Source: Zygnema circumcarinatum SAG 698-1b (Eukaryota; Plantae; Zygnematophyceae). Taken from it: a DNA stretch of 64,000 nucleotides. Below, in pieces: positions 29,694-40,771 of the stretch. Position 1 is the stretch's first letter, and each line of letters opens with the position of its first letter. Both the position numbers and the translations under genes were made by a program. Below the pieces are notes generated by a model. It was not told where the DNA came from and made no database searches. It was given only the letters and a program-made list of their open reading frames with translations. The stretch is from the NCBI GenBank assembly GCA_037447605.1, contig CM074816.1:2667635-2731634 (forward strand), in the 5' to 3' direction.

Positions 29694-31681
29694 TCTTTCC
29701 CTCTCTCTCTCTCTCATATATTAGATAGAGCATAAAACCGAAAAACGCTGCGATAAACAGAACTATAAAAGATAGAAAAAATAGCCCTAGCCCTAGCCAT
29801 AGCTCAAAGGAAAGCCCATAGCTGTGTTTTCTTGAAACAGGGGTTGTGAGAAAATCCTCAAAGTCCTCCTTTCCTAGTCGCAACATGAACTGGTGAGACT
29901 TACAACTGAACGATAGAAGGATTTGGCACTTTGAGGCATGCTGTTTGATGCTCTTAAAATGGCGCCCGGAAAGATAGGACCGGGGATTTCCCGCACTCTG
30001 CAAACACATTTTCGGTTCTCTGTTGAAGATGAGCATAGAAGGAGATGCTCTGTTGTGCTTCTATTCCTTACATCAAGAGCTCCTTTTGAAATCCCAAAAA
30101 AATGAGCCTAAAGCTTCCAAGAAAGCCCATGCGCGGTCATTTCTGTCCGAAAAATAAGCTGGTGATTTGGCCTATGTGATGTGGCCCATCAAAGTGATGA
30201 TGCATGAAGATGAGCTGTTACATGACGGTGTGTTGCACTGTCTCATGCATGCAACAGAACGTTCCTTCAACAAATTGACCCGAAGCCCTGTTTTTGAATC
30301 GAGATTGAGGAGTGTGCTCCTTGCTGGGCGTAACTGAACTAAATTGAACTGAACTGAACTGAACTAAACTGAACTAAACTGAACTGAACTGAACTGAACT
30401 GAACTGAACTGACCGCATGTAACTGAGGCTCTGCAGGGTGCTGTTGGCGCGCTGCAGAAGTTGCCCCACGTTGAAGTGGTGGGCCAACGCGATGTAGCCT
30501 GCACACTGCGGGGGGTGGAGGGGGATGGGGATGGGGATGGGGATGGGGATGGGGATGGGGATGGGGATGGGGATGGGGATGGGGATGGGGATGGGGATGG
30601 GGATGGGGATGGGGATGGGGATGGGGATGGGGATGGGGATGGGGATGGGGATGGGGATGGGGATGGGGATGGGGATGGGGATGGGGATGGGGATGGGGAT
30701 GGGGATGGGGATGGGGATGGGGATGGGGATGGGGATGGGGATGGGGATGGGGATGGGGATGGGGATGGGGATGGGGATGGCATAGCATGGCATGGCATGG
30801 CATGCGCGGGTTGCATACATGCATGCGTCATACAACACAAAGCATTTCATTTCATTATACTTCACGGATTCAAAGTGCCGAGAACGTATTAGAAAATGTA
30901 CATACGAGAAAAATAAGAAGGCCCGTCAGTTCGCGTCCGTAGCAATCCAATATATTCCCAATTCGCCACGTCAGCATTCGCTTTGGAGGAGCAATCGTAA
31001 AGCGGTGAGTGCAGACTGAGCATCTGCAGATTTCAGTACGCAGAATGAAGGTCAAAAAGAATCAAGTCAAAGAATTAAAGAATGGAACTTCAAAAGAATT
31101 GGGGTTCTCAACCTACTCAACATGTTGCAGTTTTAGAGTTCCATAAGGGCTACATGGGGCGAAAGACCAAAATGACCCAAAAGTATGAATTGAACAATGT
31201 GGCAAAAGCATGAAATATGGAACACGATGCGATGGAAACAACAACAAACACTCACACTAGAGCGGGGTGAAACTTGGCACTTATGTGACGTGACGCCAAT
31301 GCGGAAACCTGCCATCTCCTCAGACACCGCAAATGTACAAAAGCCTGCGTGCCTGCACAATTGCCAAAGAGAACAAATCTCAGAATCGTCAAACCCTAAA
31401 ACACCTTTAAAAACCTAAAAACGGCCAATGGGGTACCAAAAAAAAAAGGGGGGGGGAAGCCAAGAAACGCCTCCAATGATCAGCATTCGTTTCTCCAAAA
31501 TAGATTCTTCATTCTTCTTCATTCAGTCAAAAAAATAGATGTAAAAATACCCACCCGTGCACGCGCAGGGCGAGACGAGCTGCTCGCTCCCCTTCGACTC
31601 TGCGCAGGAGGGAGCACTTTCCAGGCAAATGCGGCACGTGCGGTGCCACGCGGAGTCTTCTGACTCGTCGGGAGACGCCAT
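28316..31681 (-). CDS. RING-CH (RINGv) zinc finger + hydrophobic segment + DUF179 (YqgE/AlgH-like) domain protein
   Basis: Exons 31681-31555, 31352-31256, 31023-30906, 30505-30414, 29997-29904, 29476-29411, ~29305-29206, 28927-28821, 28450-28316. RING-CH motifs: [33 protein letters not shown]179 motifs: [57 protein letters not shown]. One acceptor (29305) is a weaker GAG site. Confidence 0.82.
30333..30411. repeat. (GAACT)n pentamer repeat, intronic
   Basis: About 15 units, directly visible. Confidence 0.95.
30521..30780. repeat. (GGGGAT)n hexamer repeat, ~43 perfect units, intronic
   Basis: Directly visible, abutting the acceptor of exon 30505-30414. Confidence 0.97.
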
Positions 31682-32440
31682 GAAGGGGTCGGGGTGGCGG
31701 CTGGTCAAAGAGCGAGGGTTTAGGGTTTTGGAGGGAAGGGCTTGCTCCTTACAGAAGGTGAAGATTTGAAATTAGAGTGAAGAAAGAAAGGGTTTGTGTG
31801 AGAATGAAAGGAAAATGAAATTTAGGATTGTTGAGAAACCAGTATTCTTGCTGTACGAGGTGCGGAGGTGAGGGAGGGCTGCGAGGGAGAGAGATACAGA
31901 GGAGAGAGGGAGAGAGAGGAGAGAGGAAGGGAGCGAGGCAAGGAGAGGGAGGGAGATAGTGGGCAAGGGGGAGAGGGACAGAGAGGGAGGGAGAGGGAGG
32001 GTGAGAGAGAGAGAGGGAGAGAGTGAGGGAGGGAGGGAGGGAGAGAGGGAGGGAGGGAGAGAGAGGGAAAGGGGGAGGGAGAGGGAGACCCATCCACGTG
32101 GCGTGACGACAGGGACTGTTGTTACGGTCCGGGCGGGAGCCATGGTTTCCTGGAATCCCGCGGTGACTTTATCGAGGAGGATGACACGTGTCACAATTGC
32201 CAACCACCATCCAATGGCGATTTGCCAGGTGTAAAGTTTGTCCACGTGGCGGGTCGCCATTGGCGGAGACTCGGACCCTTTGTTCGAAGTGGACGTGCTA
32301 GGGTGTCCAGAACGGTTCAACAAAAACGGGCAGCAGAAAACGGGCAATAGGAAACGGGCAGTGGATTACGGGCAGTGGAAAACGGGCAGGCAGCGTGGGC
32401 AGAGGAAACGCGCACGAGAAATATTACATTTTGTTATTTA

Positions 32441-32568
32441 GGGAATTACTATTTACACATTTTTTTGGTCTAGATACACACCTAAAAAAAACTCTTAATG
32501 CCTGTAAATTGTGACCGGTGAGAAACGATGTGTATCTAGGCAAAAAAGGTTTGAGAATAGCATTTTCC
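32441..32568. mobile_element. Small degenerate MITE-like inverted repeat
   Basis: 40-nt termini match at about 30/40 by hand alignment (gggaattactatttacac...tagatacaca). No TSD. Confidence 0.45.
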
Positions 32569-32868
32569 TTTGTATATGCAGTAGAATATTATCTATGGCA
32601 TGGGCAGAAATGAAATGTAAAAACGACCTTACAATATATATAGAACTGTAGCTGCCCGAAGAGAAAAGGCGAGCTTTTGGGCTCCAAGAAAACTACTTTT
32701 TTCTGCCCGCTAGAACCGTCCTTTTCCATCGTGACGAATGAAATTTCAAAGCTATGCTGACGTGGAAGGCCGTTACCTTATCCAGCCAAAGTAAAAGGCC
32801 GCCTTGCCATGTATTGTCCGTACGAGAGTTGGGGTGTACGGAAGTTTTGTCGTACAGTTTTTGAACAA

Positions 32869-33816
32869 GGGTAGTGATATTTCCACCCCTTTTTTGGATC
32901 CAAACACCCCTTCCCGGCCGGGCAGATTTCAAAAGGGATTAAAAACGGAAAATGCTTTTTTCACACCTTTTTGGAATCGATACCCACCTTCTTCCGTCGG
33001 CTGATTTTATTTTTGCTAACCAAGGAAAATGATACCCCGTCACTGCATTTTGAATACTGTATCCCGCCTCCCTTTTATTTTATTGTGAGAGAAAGAGATA
33101 TCTGCCAGCCCGAATCCGCTCGAAATGGAAGATCCGTCCGCCACGAGATCGTTCGCCGGTGTCCGTCCTTCACACGTGTTTGCCAATCGCAGCTGTCGAT
33201 TCCCTCGCAGATCGCACCACTGCAGGTCACCGTTCGATCTGCATCCGAGCTCGATCTTAGCGAATGGAAAGCGCCCACGAGTCCCGTCAAAGCCGGATCG
33301 TACGTGCGAGTGCGCGCGTCCCCCGGCCCGAGATCTCGTCATTGTTAGTTCCCAGCCAATCAACAGCTACCACGTGTTACATTTTTGACGTGGAAAATTT
33401 TGATTGGTCCAAGCTCTCAATTTACAGAATTTTGGGTTCCTCAAAGTTGCGACCGTATGACATTTGTACGGACAACTTTTGAGGCGACTTTGGCGGGATA
33501 CGTGGGCACGTGCCATGCGCTGTGACCGAGCCCGGCTGCAGATCAAATAGTGATCTGCCGTGTGGCGATCTGCTAGGGAATCGACGGCTGCGATTGACCG
33601 CACGCGTGAAAAAAAAATTCAGGTAGGCGGGATATTCAAAATGGGGTGACGGGTTATCATTTTTCTTGTTTCGCAAAAATAAAATCTGCCGATGGAGGGT
33701 GGTATCGATTCCAAAAAGGTGTGAAAAAAGCATTTCCCGTTTTTAATCCTTTTTGAAATCTGCCCGGCCGGGAAGGGGTGTTTGGATCCAAAAAAGGGGT
33801 GGAAATATCACTACCC
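32869..33816. mobile_element. Non-autonomous long-TIR (Mutator-like) element, 948 bp
   Basis: ~200-bp TIRs starting GGGTAGTGATATTTCCACCCC and a perfect 8-bp TSD TTGAACAA (32861-32868, 33817-33824). Confidence 0.9.
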
Positions 33817-33916
33817 TTGAACAAACCTAAATCCAAAACGGGCACCAAGTTCGGTTTTTTCGACAAGGGAAGTTGCGAACTTGAAAACGGGTCAAAAAGG
33901 TCAACAGCTCGGACAG

Positions 33917-34140
33917 TTGGATCGACCTTTGGGATGACCGTTAGATCAACCTTTGGGGTGCCCGTTGGATCAACCTTTGGGGTGCCCGTTGGATCAACCT
34001 TTGGGGTGCCCGTTGGATCAACCTTTGGGGTGACCATTGGACCAACCTCTGAGGTGACCGTTGGATCAACCTTTGGGGTGCCCGCTGGATCAATCTTTGG
34101 GGTGCCCGTTGGATCAAACCTTTGGGGTGACCGTTGGAAC
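33917..34140. repeat. 24-bp tandem repeat (tggatcaacctttggggtgcccgt), ~9 copies
   Basis: Head-to-tail units without unique spacers. Confidence 0.9.
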
Positions 34141-34312
34141 GGCTGCGAGGCGTTGATTGGCGACCAAGCCAACCATTGAAATAGATGCAGCCATCGACTG
34201 GCGGCCTAGCCAAACATTGCCAGCGGTTGCAACATTGATTAGTGTCTTAGCCAACGATTGCCAATGGCTGTAACCTCTAAGTCCTACGGTTCCCAACTAC
34301 TGCTAATTTTTT

Positions 34313-34445
34313 GCAGCCAACCATGAGATTCAATGGTTCCCATTTATTGCCAATGTTTTGCAGCCAGCCATGAGATTCAATGGTTCCCATCTATTGCCAA
34401 TGTTTGGCAGCCAACCATGAGATTCAATGGTTCCCAACCATTGGC
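34313..34445. repeat. 47-bp tandem repeat, ~3 copies
   Basis: gcagccaaccatgagattcaatggttccca... starts at 34313, 34360 and 34407. Confidence 0.85.
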
Positions 34446-34905
34446 TCAACCATTGTTTAGGGAGCCTTGTTCTTGGCCTTGCGCTTCGAGGCTGTAGAGT
34501 TTGTACTTGACCGTACAACACGACCGTGCAGGCCAAGCCCGGTTCATGCACCTGATAGTGCCACGCGTCAGCCTCTCGTCGAAGGCCCGTCTCTCCGCCC
34601 TAGCCCTAATATCGCCCATATCTCGATACCGATCGGTTCCGCCCTCGCCCCCTGCCTCCCTGCGCTATTTCTCCGCTGTCCACTAATCTCCTTCCGTTCT
34701 CCCTCTCAGTCGGCCTCTCCCTGTCTCCTTCCCTCTCCTTCTCGTCTCCTTCTCGCTCCTGCCTTGCCTTTCCCTCTCCCTTCTCCCTCGTTCTCTTCCT
34801 TTCCTCCGCTTTGCCCTCTCCCTTCCGTCCGCTTCGGCCTCCCTCCCTCCCTCTCTCCCTCCCTCCCTCCCTCCCTCCCTCCCTCCCTCCCTCCCTCCCT
34901 CCGCC

Positions 34906-37275
34906 ATGTCGCAGGAGGTGAGCGTGATCGCGCAGAAGGGCCTGGGCTACCTCTGGAATGCCACCGTGGCGAGCGCGAGTGGCATCTCGAGCGCCATCAC
35001 GAAGGCGAAGCGCCAGTACGCGGACTACCAGGAGAAGGAGCAGCTCGACGCGCTGCGCCGCCAGGGGAGGCCGCCCGCAGACCTCATCTTCCAAGGTGCG
35101 CGCGCGTGGACCGTCACACTCAAAACTCGACACTCGGAATATTGAAACCTTAGTTTTGGAAGACTAAACTCGAACCCTAATCTTGAAACCTTAAACTCGG
35201 AATCTTATCTTGAAACCCTAAACTCGGAACCCTAATGTTGAAACCCTAAACTCGGAAGCCTAATCTCAAAACCCCGATCTCGGAATCCTAATCTTGAAAC
35301 CCTAAACTCGGAAGCCTAATCTCCAAACCCTAATCTCGGAATCCTAATCTTGAAACCCTAATCTCAGAACCCTAATCTCGGAACCCTAATCTTGAAACTC
35401 TAATCTCGGAACGCTCGGCTGGTTCTGGTTTTGGTTTTAATTCGACCATTTGTATGGTTTTCTATCGTCTTGCGCATATTGCTGTCATTGTGATGATCTG
35501 CTTTGCACGAAACAGAGCTTCTGGTTTCTGCACTTGTTAGAGTATCTCGATTGATAACAAGAGATGTGCTTGAGAGGATGTTTTGGGCTTTATAGGGAGC
35601 TACCACACGTAACACTCCGTCATTGTTCTACAGTATTCGTACTAGTGCACATAGTCGATGTATTTGCCTCGTTTTAAGTGTTACTTTTCAAAGTATCTGA
35701 CCTTTGAGCTGAAGAATTCCTTTCCTTCTCTCCCTTTTATTTGTTTTTTTTTTTTCCTTCCTTTCCTTGATGGACTCCACAGTTATGCAAAGGTTCTGCT
35801 ACCTCAACTTGGCGGGATATCAGAATGAAGCGGCAGCTGCTGCAAGAAAAGTGGCCATGAGATTGGTGCGCATTTCTATGAAAGAAACCAAAGGATAAAA
35901 TATTAAAGCAAATACAAACTTAATGGATAAAAATGACAATCGTCGTTTCACCTCTCTCTTTCTCACTCTCTTAAGTTCCTCCCTCTCTCCCTTCTTCCTC
36001 TCTCCCATCCACTCTCCCTCTTTCCCCTCTGCCTCTATCTCTCTCGCAACTTTCTTCCCCAATCCCTACCTTCTCCTCCACTCTCCCTCCTTCCCTCTTT
36101 TCTCTCTCCCCCTCTAACGTTTTCCTTCATTTCTTGTCTCTCGCTTGCAGGCCGATTATGAGCACAGTAGCATTCCCTTGGATGCAGTCGTAAAAGTTGG
36201 CAATGTTTTGACCAATTTCACACGAAATTACGGAGATTTTTCGAGCGGGAGTTGGATGAATCTTTCGGACTTCCTGAACAGCACGCGCATGGGAAAGGAC
36301 CACTACGATCGTGATTCGCTTGTTAGCGAATTCTATTACTCAATTCTATTACTTTTGGAGGTGGGCGAAACTAGGAGTGAAAATATCACGCATGAAACCG
36401 TATTTTATTGTGCTACAAGCATCACATGAAAATGTTAGTGAAGCGTTCTTAAGTTGATGTTCAATTTTATGTGAAGTCAAGACAAACAATACATATAAAA
36501 ACTTGTCGTTTTCTTGCACAGAGTACGGGAGGGGTGAACGATTCCTTTGAACGAGGGCTCAAAGAGGCCGCGGGAAAGCTAGTGGAGGGATCTCATTATC
36601 GTGCTGACGTGGCGAGTTATACCCCATATGCACCCTCTCCTTATAATTTGGATTCTTTGAGTGGCTCACTCCCAGCCTATGCTCAAGTCTCCCCCTCCAT
36701 CCCATCCTATACCAAAGCTCCACCTGGCAAATCATCTTCGTCTTCAGCAAGTAGCGGTAACAAGATGGATGATCCCAAGTAAGACTCGTTATCGTTTTTT
36801 TTTTCTTTAAAGATAAAGATTTGAATTTTTTTAAGATTAGGGTTTTTAGGGTTTTCAACCCTCAGTTGTGGGGGTCAGACTTAGCATGTGGCCTTGAGAA
36901 ATTTCAATCGTTAGCAGTACTTTTCATTTTCTCCTTTCCTTTATTTCCCGCAAAACCGTTACTGCTTCTGAAATTCATACATATGCAACTTTGATTTTGA
37001 CCTCTCCCCCACCCCCTAATGTCCTTGGAGTATTGAATGAGTGCAGAAGCAGGGCAGCCAAAGTGCTTTATGTCATCGCTTCCTCTATAAAGAAGGCAGC
37101 AGATGAGGCAGATGGAAGACGGCTTAAGTCTCTGAAGGAGGCGGAGGAGATGCTGAGAAGAGAGAGAGAGCCCAAAGTGGGAGGGCCTACTGCAGGGTCC
37201 GGTTCGAGTATGACAGGGTTCGGGTCGGGATCGGGATATGGCTCAGTTTCGGGGTATGGGTCATACCGACCCTAG
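34906..37275 (+). CDS. Hypothetical protein, ~320 aa, no recognised domain
   Basis: join(34906..35095,35783..35865,36151..36360,36522..36778,37047..37275). All four GT-AG junctions keep frame, and the protein ends in a GSGSGYGS low-complexity tail. Confidence 0.75.
35150..35410. repeat. ~28-bp telomere-motif-derived tandem repeat (aaaccctaaactcggaatcctaatcttg), intronic
   Basis: About 9 degenerate units containing AAACCCTAAA. Confidence 0.85.
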
Positions 37276-38027
37276 CTTATAGCTTGCAGAGTGGATATGT
37301 CTCAAGCTCTCTCCCTCTCTCTCTCCACCTCTTGCCCTCTCTCTTCCTTTCACTCGTCCAAACTCTCTCTCTGCCTTTCTCTCCCTTTCTCACTCCCTCT
37401 CCCTCCCTCTTCCTCTCTTTCCCCCTCTCTCCCCCTTTCTCCCTCTCTCTCCCTTTTCCTCTCCATCTCTCTCCCTCTCTCTCCTTCCCCTCCCCCTCTC
37501 TCTGCATTCTTTCTTTGTAAAGGGCAGTCTGCAAGAGGCAGCTAGAAGGAAGTTTTTGTCCACAGCGTAATCCGAAGAGTTGACGAGCGTTAGTAAATAC
37601 AGAAACATCTGCCATTTTTGTTGACGAGGATTGCAATTTTCTTTAACTGGAAGTGGAAGGGTTAACAAAGACAAACATTTTAGAGATGGGCAGTGTCCCT
37701 TCAGGCTGGAGAAGCACTTCATTGTATAGGACAGCTCTGTTTGGGGCTCTTGTTACATGGCCCACAACTTGTTACGTTAGCAGTTAGGGCTTAAAATGTC
37801 TTCTGTTTGGTGGGTTTAACACTTTAGTCCAATCGATGTTTTGGGCTTGTACAAAATCTGAAAGCGTTCCGTTCAATTTGGATTTATGTTTGGGGTCATG
37901 CCGAGTGCGTTGTACGAGACTGCGAAACGGTGTTGGAATTTAAATTTTATGCATAAGTAAAAGTTTACAGGTAGCAGTTCACTCCAGAGCAGTTTGCTGC
38001 AGTCAGAGAGTAAAGCACTTCGAACTG

Positions 38028-38112
38028 TGCAGGCGTAGGGCGTAGGGCGTAGGGCGTAGGGTTCAGGGTTCAGGGCGTAGAGCGTAGGGTTCAGGGCGTA
38101 GAGCGTAGGGTT
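38028..38112. repeat. Heptamer repeats (GGGCGTA)n and (GGGTTCA)n, telomere-like variants
   Basis: Directly visible. Confidence 0.85.
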
Positions 38113-38165
38113 CAGGGCTTTGGGGGTTTAGCCCTCGGCGCGGGTTCAGGGCTGCGGGCCGCACC

Positions 38166-39054
38166 CTGCGCGGGCGCGAGCAGGAGCCGCAGCAGCGCCG
38201 CCCCCAGGAGCAGCCTATAGAGGGCCCACGCCGCACGTGCGACCGCCATGGCGCCGCCCGCCATAGGTCAGCCGGCGAGTACCCGCCCACTTTATCTCCC
38301 CGCGTGCGCGCAGCCTTATGAGTTGTGGCCTTACCTGGAGAGGCTGGTAGAGGGCCGCTACAGCAGCTTCAGGGAGGGGCTCGGCGCGGCCATCCACGTG
38401 GGCGGCTCGCAGCCTTGAACCCCAATCCTCCCACTTAAAGCTTTCCAAAAACCCAAAAATCGCCTTTGGTTCTGGTTTGGCTTTCGTTTCAAGTTGCATA
38501 ATTCAAGCGAAAGGAAAGTCCAAAAGCGAAAATTCAACGAGTGTGAAACCTGTGGTGCTCTCGTCTCAGAACGTTTCTCTCTCTCTCTCCGTTCTCTGGC
38601 CCTTCCTCTCCCTCTCCCTCTCCCTCTCCCTCTCCCTCTNNNNNNNNNNCTCTCCCTCTCCCTCTCCCTCTCCCTCTCCCTCTCCCTCTCCCATTCCCAC
38701 TCTCCCATTCCCTCTCTCCCATTCCCTCTCTCCCACTCCCATTCTCCCACTGCCTCTCCCACTCCCCCTCTCTCCCCCTTCGCAGAGTGGCAAGGCGGAC
38801 TTTGTTTGGAGAAGGCGGCGTTGGAGGAGGGGGAGCCGCCCATAAAGTCGGGCACGCAGGTGAGTCCGCAGCCATGGCGGATGGCACCTCAGAGATTTCG
38901 CTTTTTCAGAAGTTTTGTGGAATTCTGATATCGCGGTGGCGCTGTTGTGGCTATGCATGGACTGTCGATGTTCAAAATACTGACTTTTTTTTTGGCAGGA
39001 GGTGTTGGTTCTATGTGAGGAGCTTGCGGAAATACTGTTTTACCGTCATCTGTA
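38166..39054. other. Unresolved coding-like region
   Basis: Plus strand has two well-flanked exon candidates, 38786-38859 and 38998-39054 (WQGGLCLEKAALEEGEPPIKSGTQ/EVLVLCEELAEILFYRHL*). Minus strand has a signal-peptide-like ORF start near 38264 (MAGGAMAVARAAWALYRLLLGAALLRLLLAPAQG). I could not assemble a single model. Confidence 0.3.
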
Positions 39055-39801
39055 ACAGCGACATGGAACAGAGTGCGTGCCAGCATGGATTCAGTTCCCC
39101 AACATTGTGCGAAAGGTGTTCATGAGGGCAACTTGGACACTGTGAAGTATGTTTGGGGAGTTGGCCGAGCCTTTGGCCGCCCACAAAATGTTGAGAGCAG
39201 TCATAAGCAAGCCCAAGTTTGTCACATTTAAATTTTGGCAATTTTGAGTTGTTGATGTTCCGCGAGCAGTCGATCCATTCATCGCATTACATATTTTTAA
39301 GGGAATTAAGGGCATAAAGGAGTTAGAAATCACGTTGTGCTTAAGAAATAACTTCCAGAAATTTATTACCGAGACGATAACGGTACTAAGATGGAAAGAT
39401 GGCGATTCGCCTTCAAATAAGTACCCCATAAAAATAATCTTTGATCTTCTTGATGATCAAGGTTTGCAGCCGCCTGGTCTTTCGGAAAAACCCTAAAAAC
39501 CCTAAAACCGGCCGCCTCCTTCAGCACACGCGCTGCCATCATTTTTGTTCTCGATTTTCCTTTCGGCCAAACCTGGCATCCATCCCCAGCCCCCACATGG
39601 AACCGCAGTTTTGCACCGCCCCGCCCTCGTGAGTATCGGCGTATCCGGAAGCCTCTCGCGGGTATCCGATGCGGCAACCCCGTATCGATAAATCGATACG
39701 ATACTGTCTGAACGATATTCCGATATTCTGGGCGACCGTCCATGTGACGGCTGTCACGTCTCTCGCCAGAATTAGAATTAGCATTCCAATCAAAAATTTT
39801 A

Positions 39802-40572
39802 GGGTAACTCTACTGCACCCCCGCGTTTTGTCTTTCGCACCCCCCTTTTGAAAATTTTGCCTGCCCGTTTTGGTTCTCCTTGAGTTTTGAATATTTCGGG
39901 AAAAAATCTTTTTCCCGTCCCTCCCGTCCCCTCCGCTCCCCCCCCTCCCCTCCCCTCTCCTCCCATCCCTTGCCCTGTCCTCCCCGGCCCTCCCCTCCCG
40001 CCCGCTCCCTTCCCCTCCCCTCTCTTCCCCTCCCCTCCCCTCCCCTCCCCTCCCCTCCCCTCCTCGTTTTCTGGACATTCCACCCCCCTCGTTTTCTCCT
40101 TTTCACTATTGACTTCCAACAATGTGCGAAAAGCGCAAAAACGCAGCCTTAAATTCAGCTGCAAAGGTCACCAATGTTGGGCAACAGTTACTCTTTGTTT
40201 TCAGGTTCATGATGCCGATCTTGATGTGAACTCCTTCGTGCTTGTAGTGCTCGGTGACGACTTGTACGAGCTCATCGCGGGTCTCATACTCAGTTGGTAG
40301 CATTTTTATGGACATTGCAAACCGAGAAGAGGAGAGACGAGGAGGGGAGGGCAAGGGAGGGCAGGCCAGGGGAGGGGAAGGGAGGGGAGGGGAGCGGGCG
40401 GGAGGGGGGGGGAGGAGTGGGCAGGGGAGGGGGGGAGCGGAGGGGACGGGAGGGGCGGGAAAAAGATTTTTTCCCGAAATATTCAAAACTGGGGGGGTAA
40501 CCAAAACGGGCAGGAATTTTTTTCAAAAGGGGGGTGCGAAAGACAAAACGCGGGGGTGCAGTAGAGTTACCC
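39802..40572. mobile_element. Non-autonomous long-TIR (Mutator-like) element, 771 bp, with possible transposase N-terminal remnant
   Basis: ~250-bp TIRs starting GGGTAACTCTACTGCACCCCC and a perfect 8-bp TSD AAATTTTA (39794-39801, 40573-40580). Confidence 0.9.
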
Positions 40573-40583
40573 AAATTTTAAGA

Positions 40584-40771
40584 GGGGGAGTCAGACCTTG
40601 ACCATCGCCAAATCAATTTCGTAAGCCTGTCGGGCGAATTAAGCATTGGCTAGGTACGGCTGTGTACGGCGGAGCCGCGGATCTCGAACCGGAATTCGTA
40701 CACGAAAGAAGTGACTTTTAGCATAAGGTATTCGGGAACTTCGTAAGCGATGGTCAAGGTCTGACTCCCCC
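40584..40771. mobile_element. 188-bp MITE with 25-bp perfect TIR
   Basis: GGGGGAGTCAGACCTTGACCATCGC at the left end and its exact reverse complement at 40747-40771. Flanks are GA / TA. Confidence 0.88.

Noticed and set aside
30339-30892. (HP)n, (SP)n, (IP)n, (GD)n and (MG)n ORFs
   Set aside because: Six-frame read-outs of the intronic (GGGGAT)n array.
33657-34445. CRISPR-like regular repeats and the PKVDPTGT repeat ORF
   Set aside because: The units are head-to-tail without unique spacers, there are no cas genes, and the context is eukaryotic.
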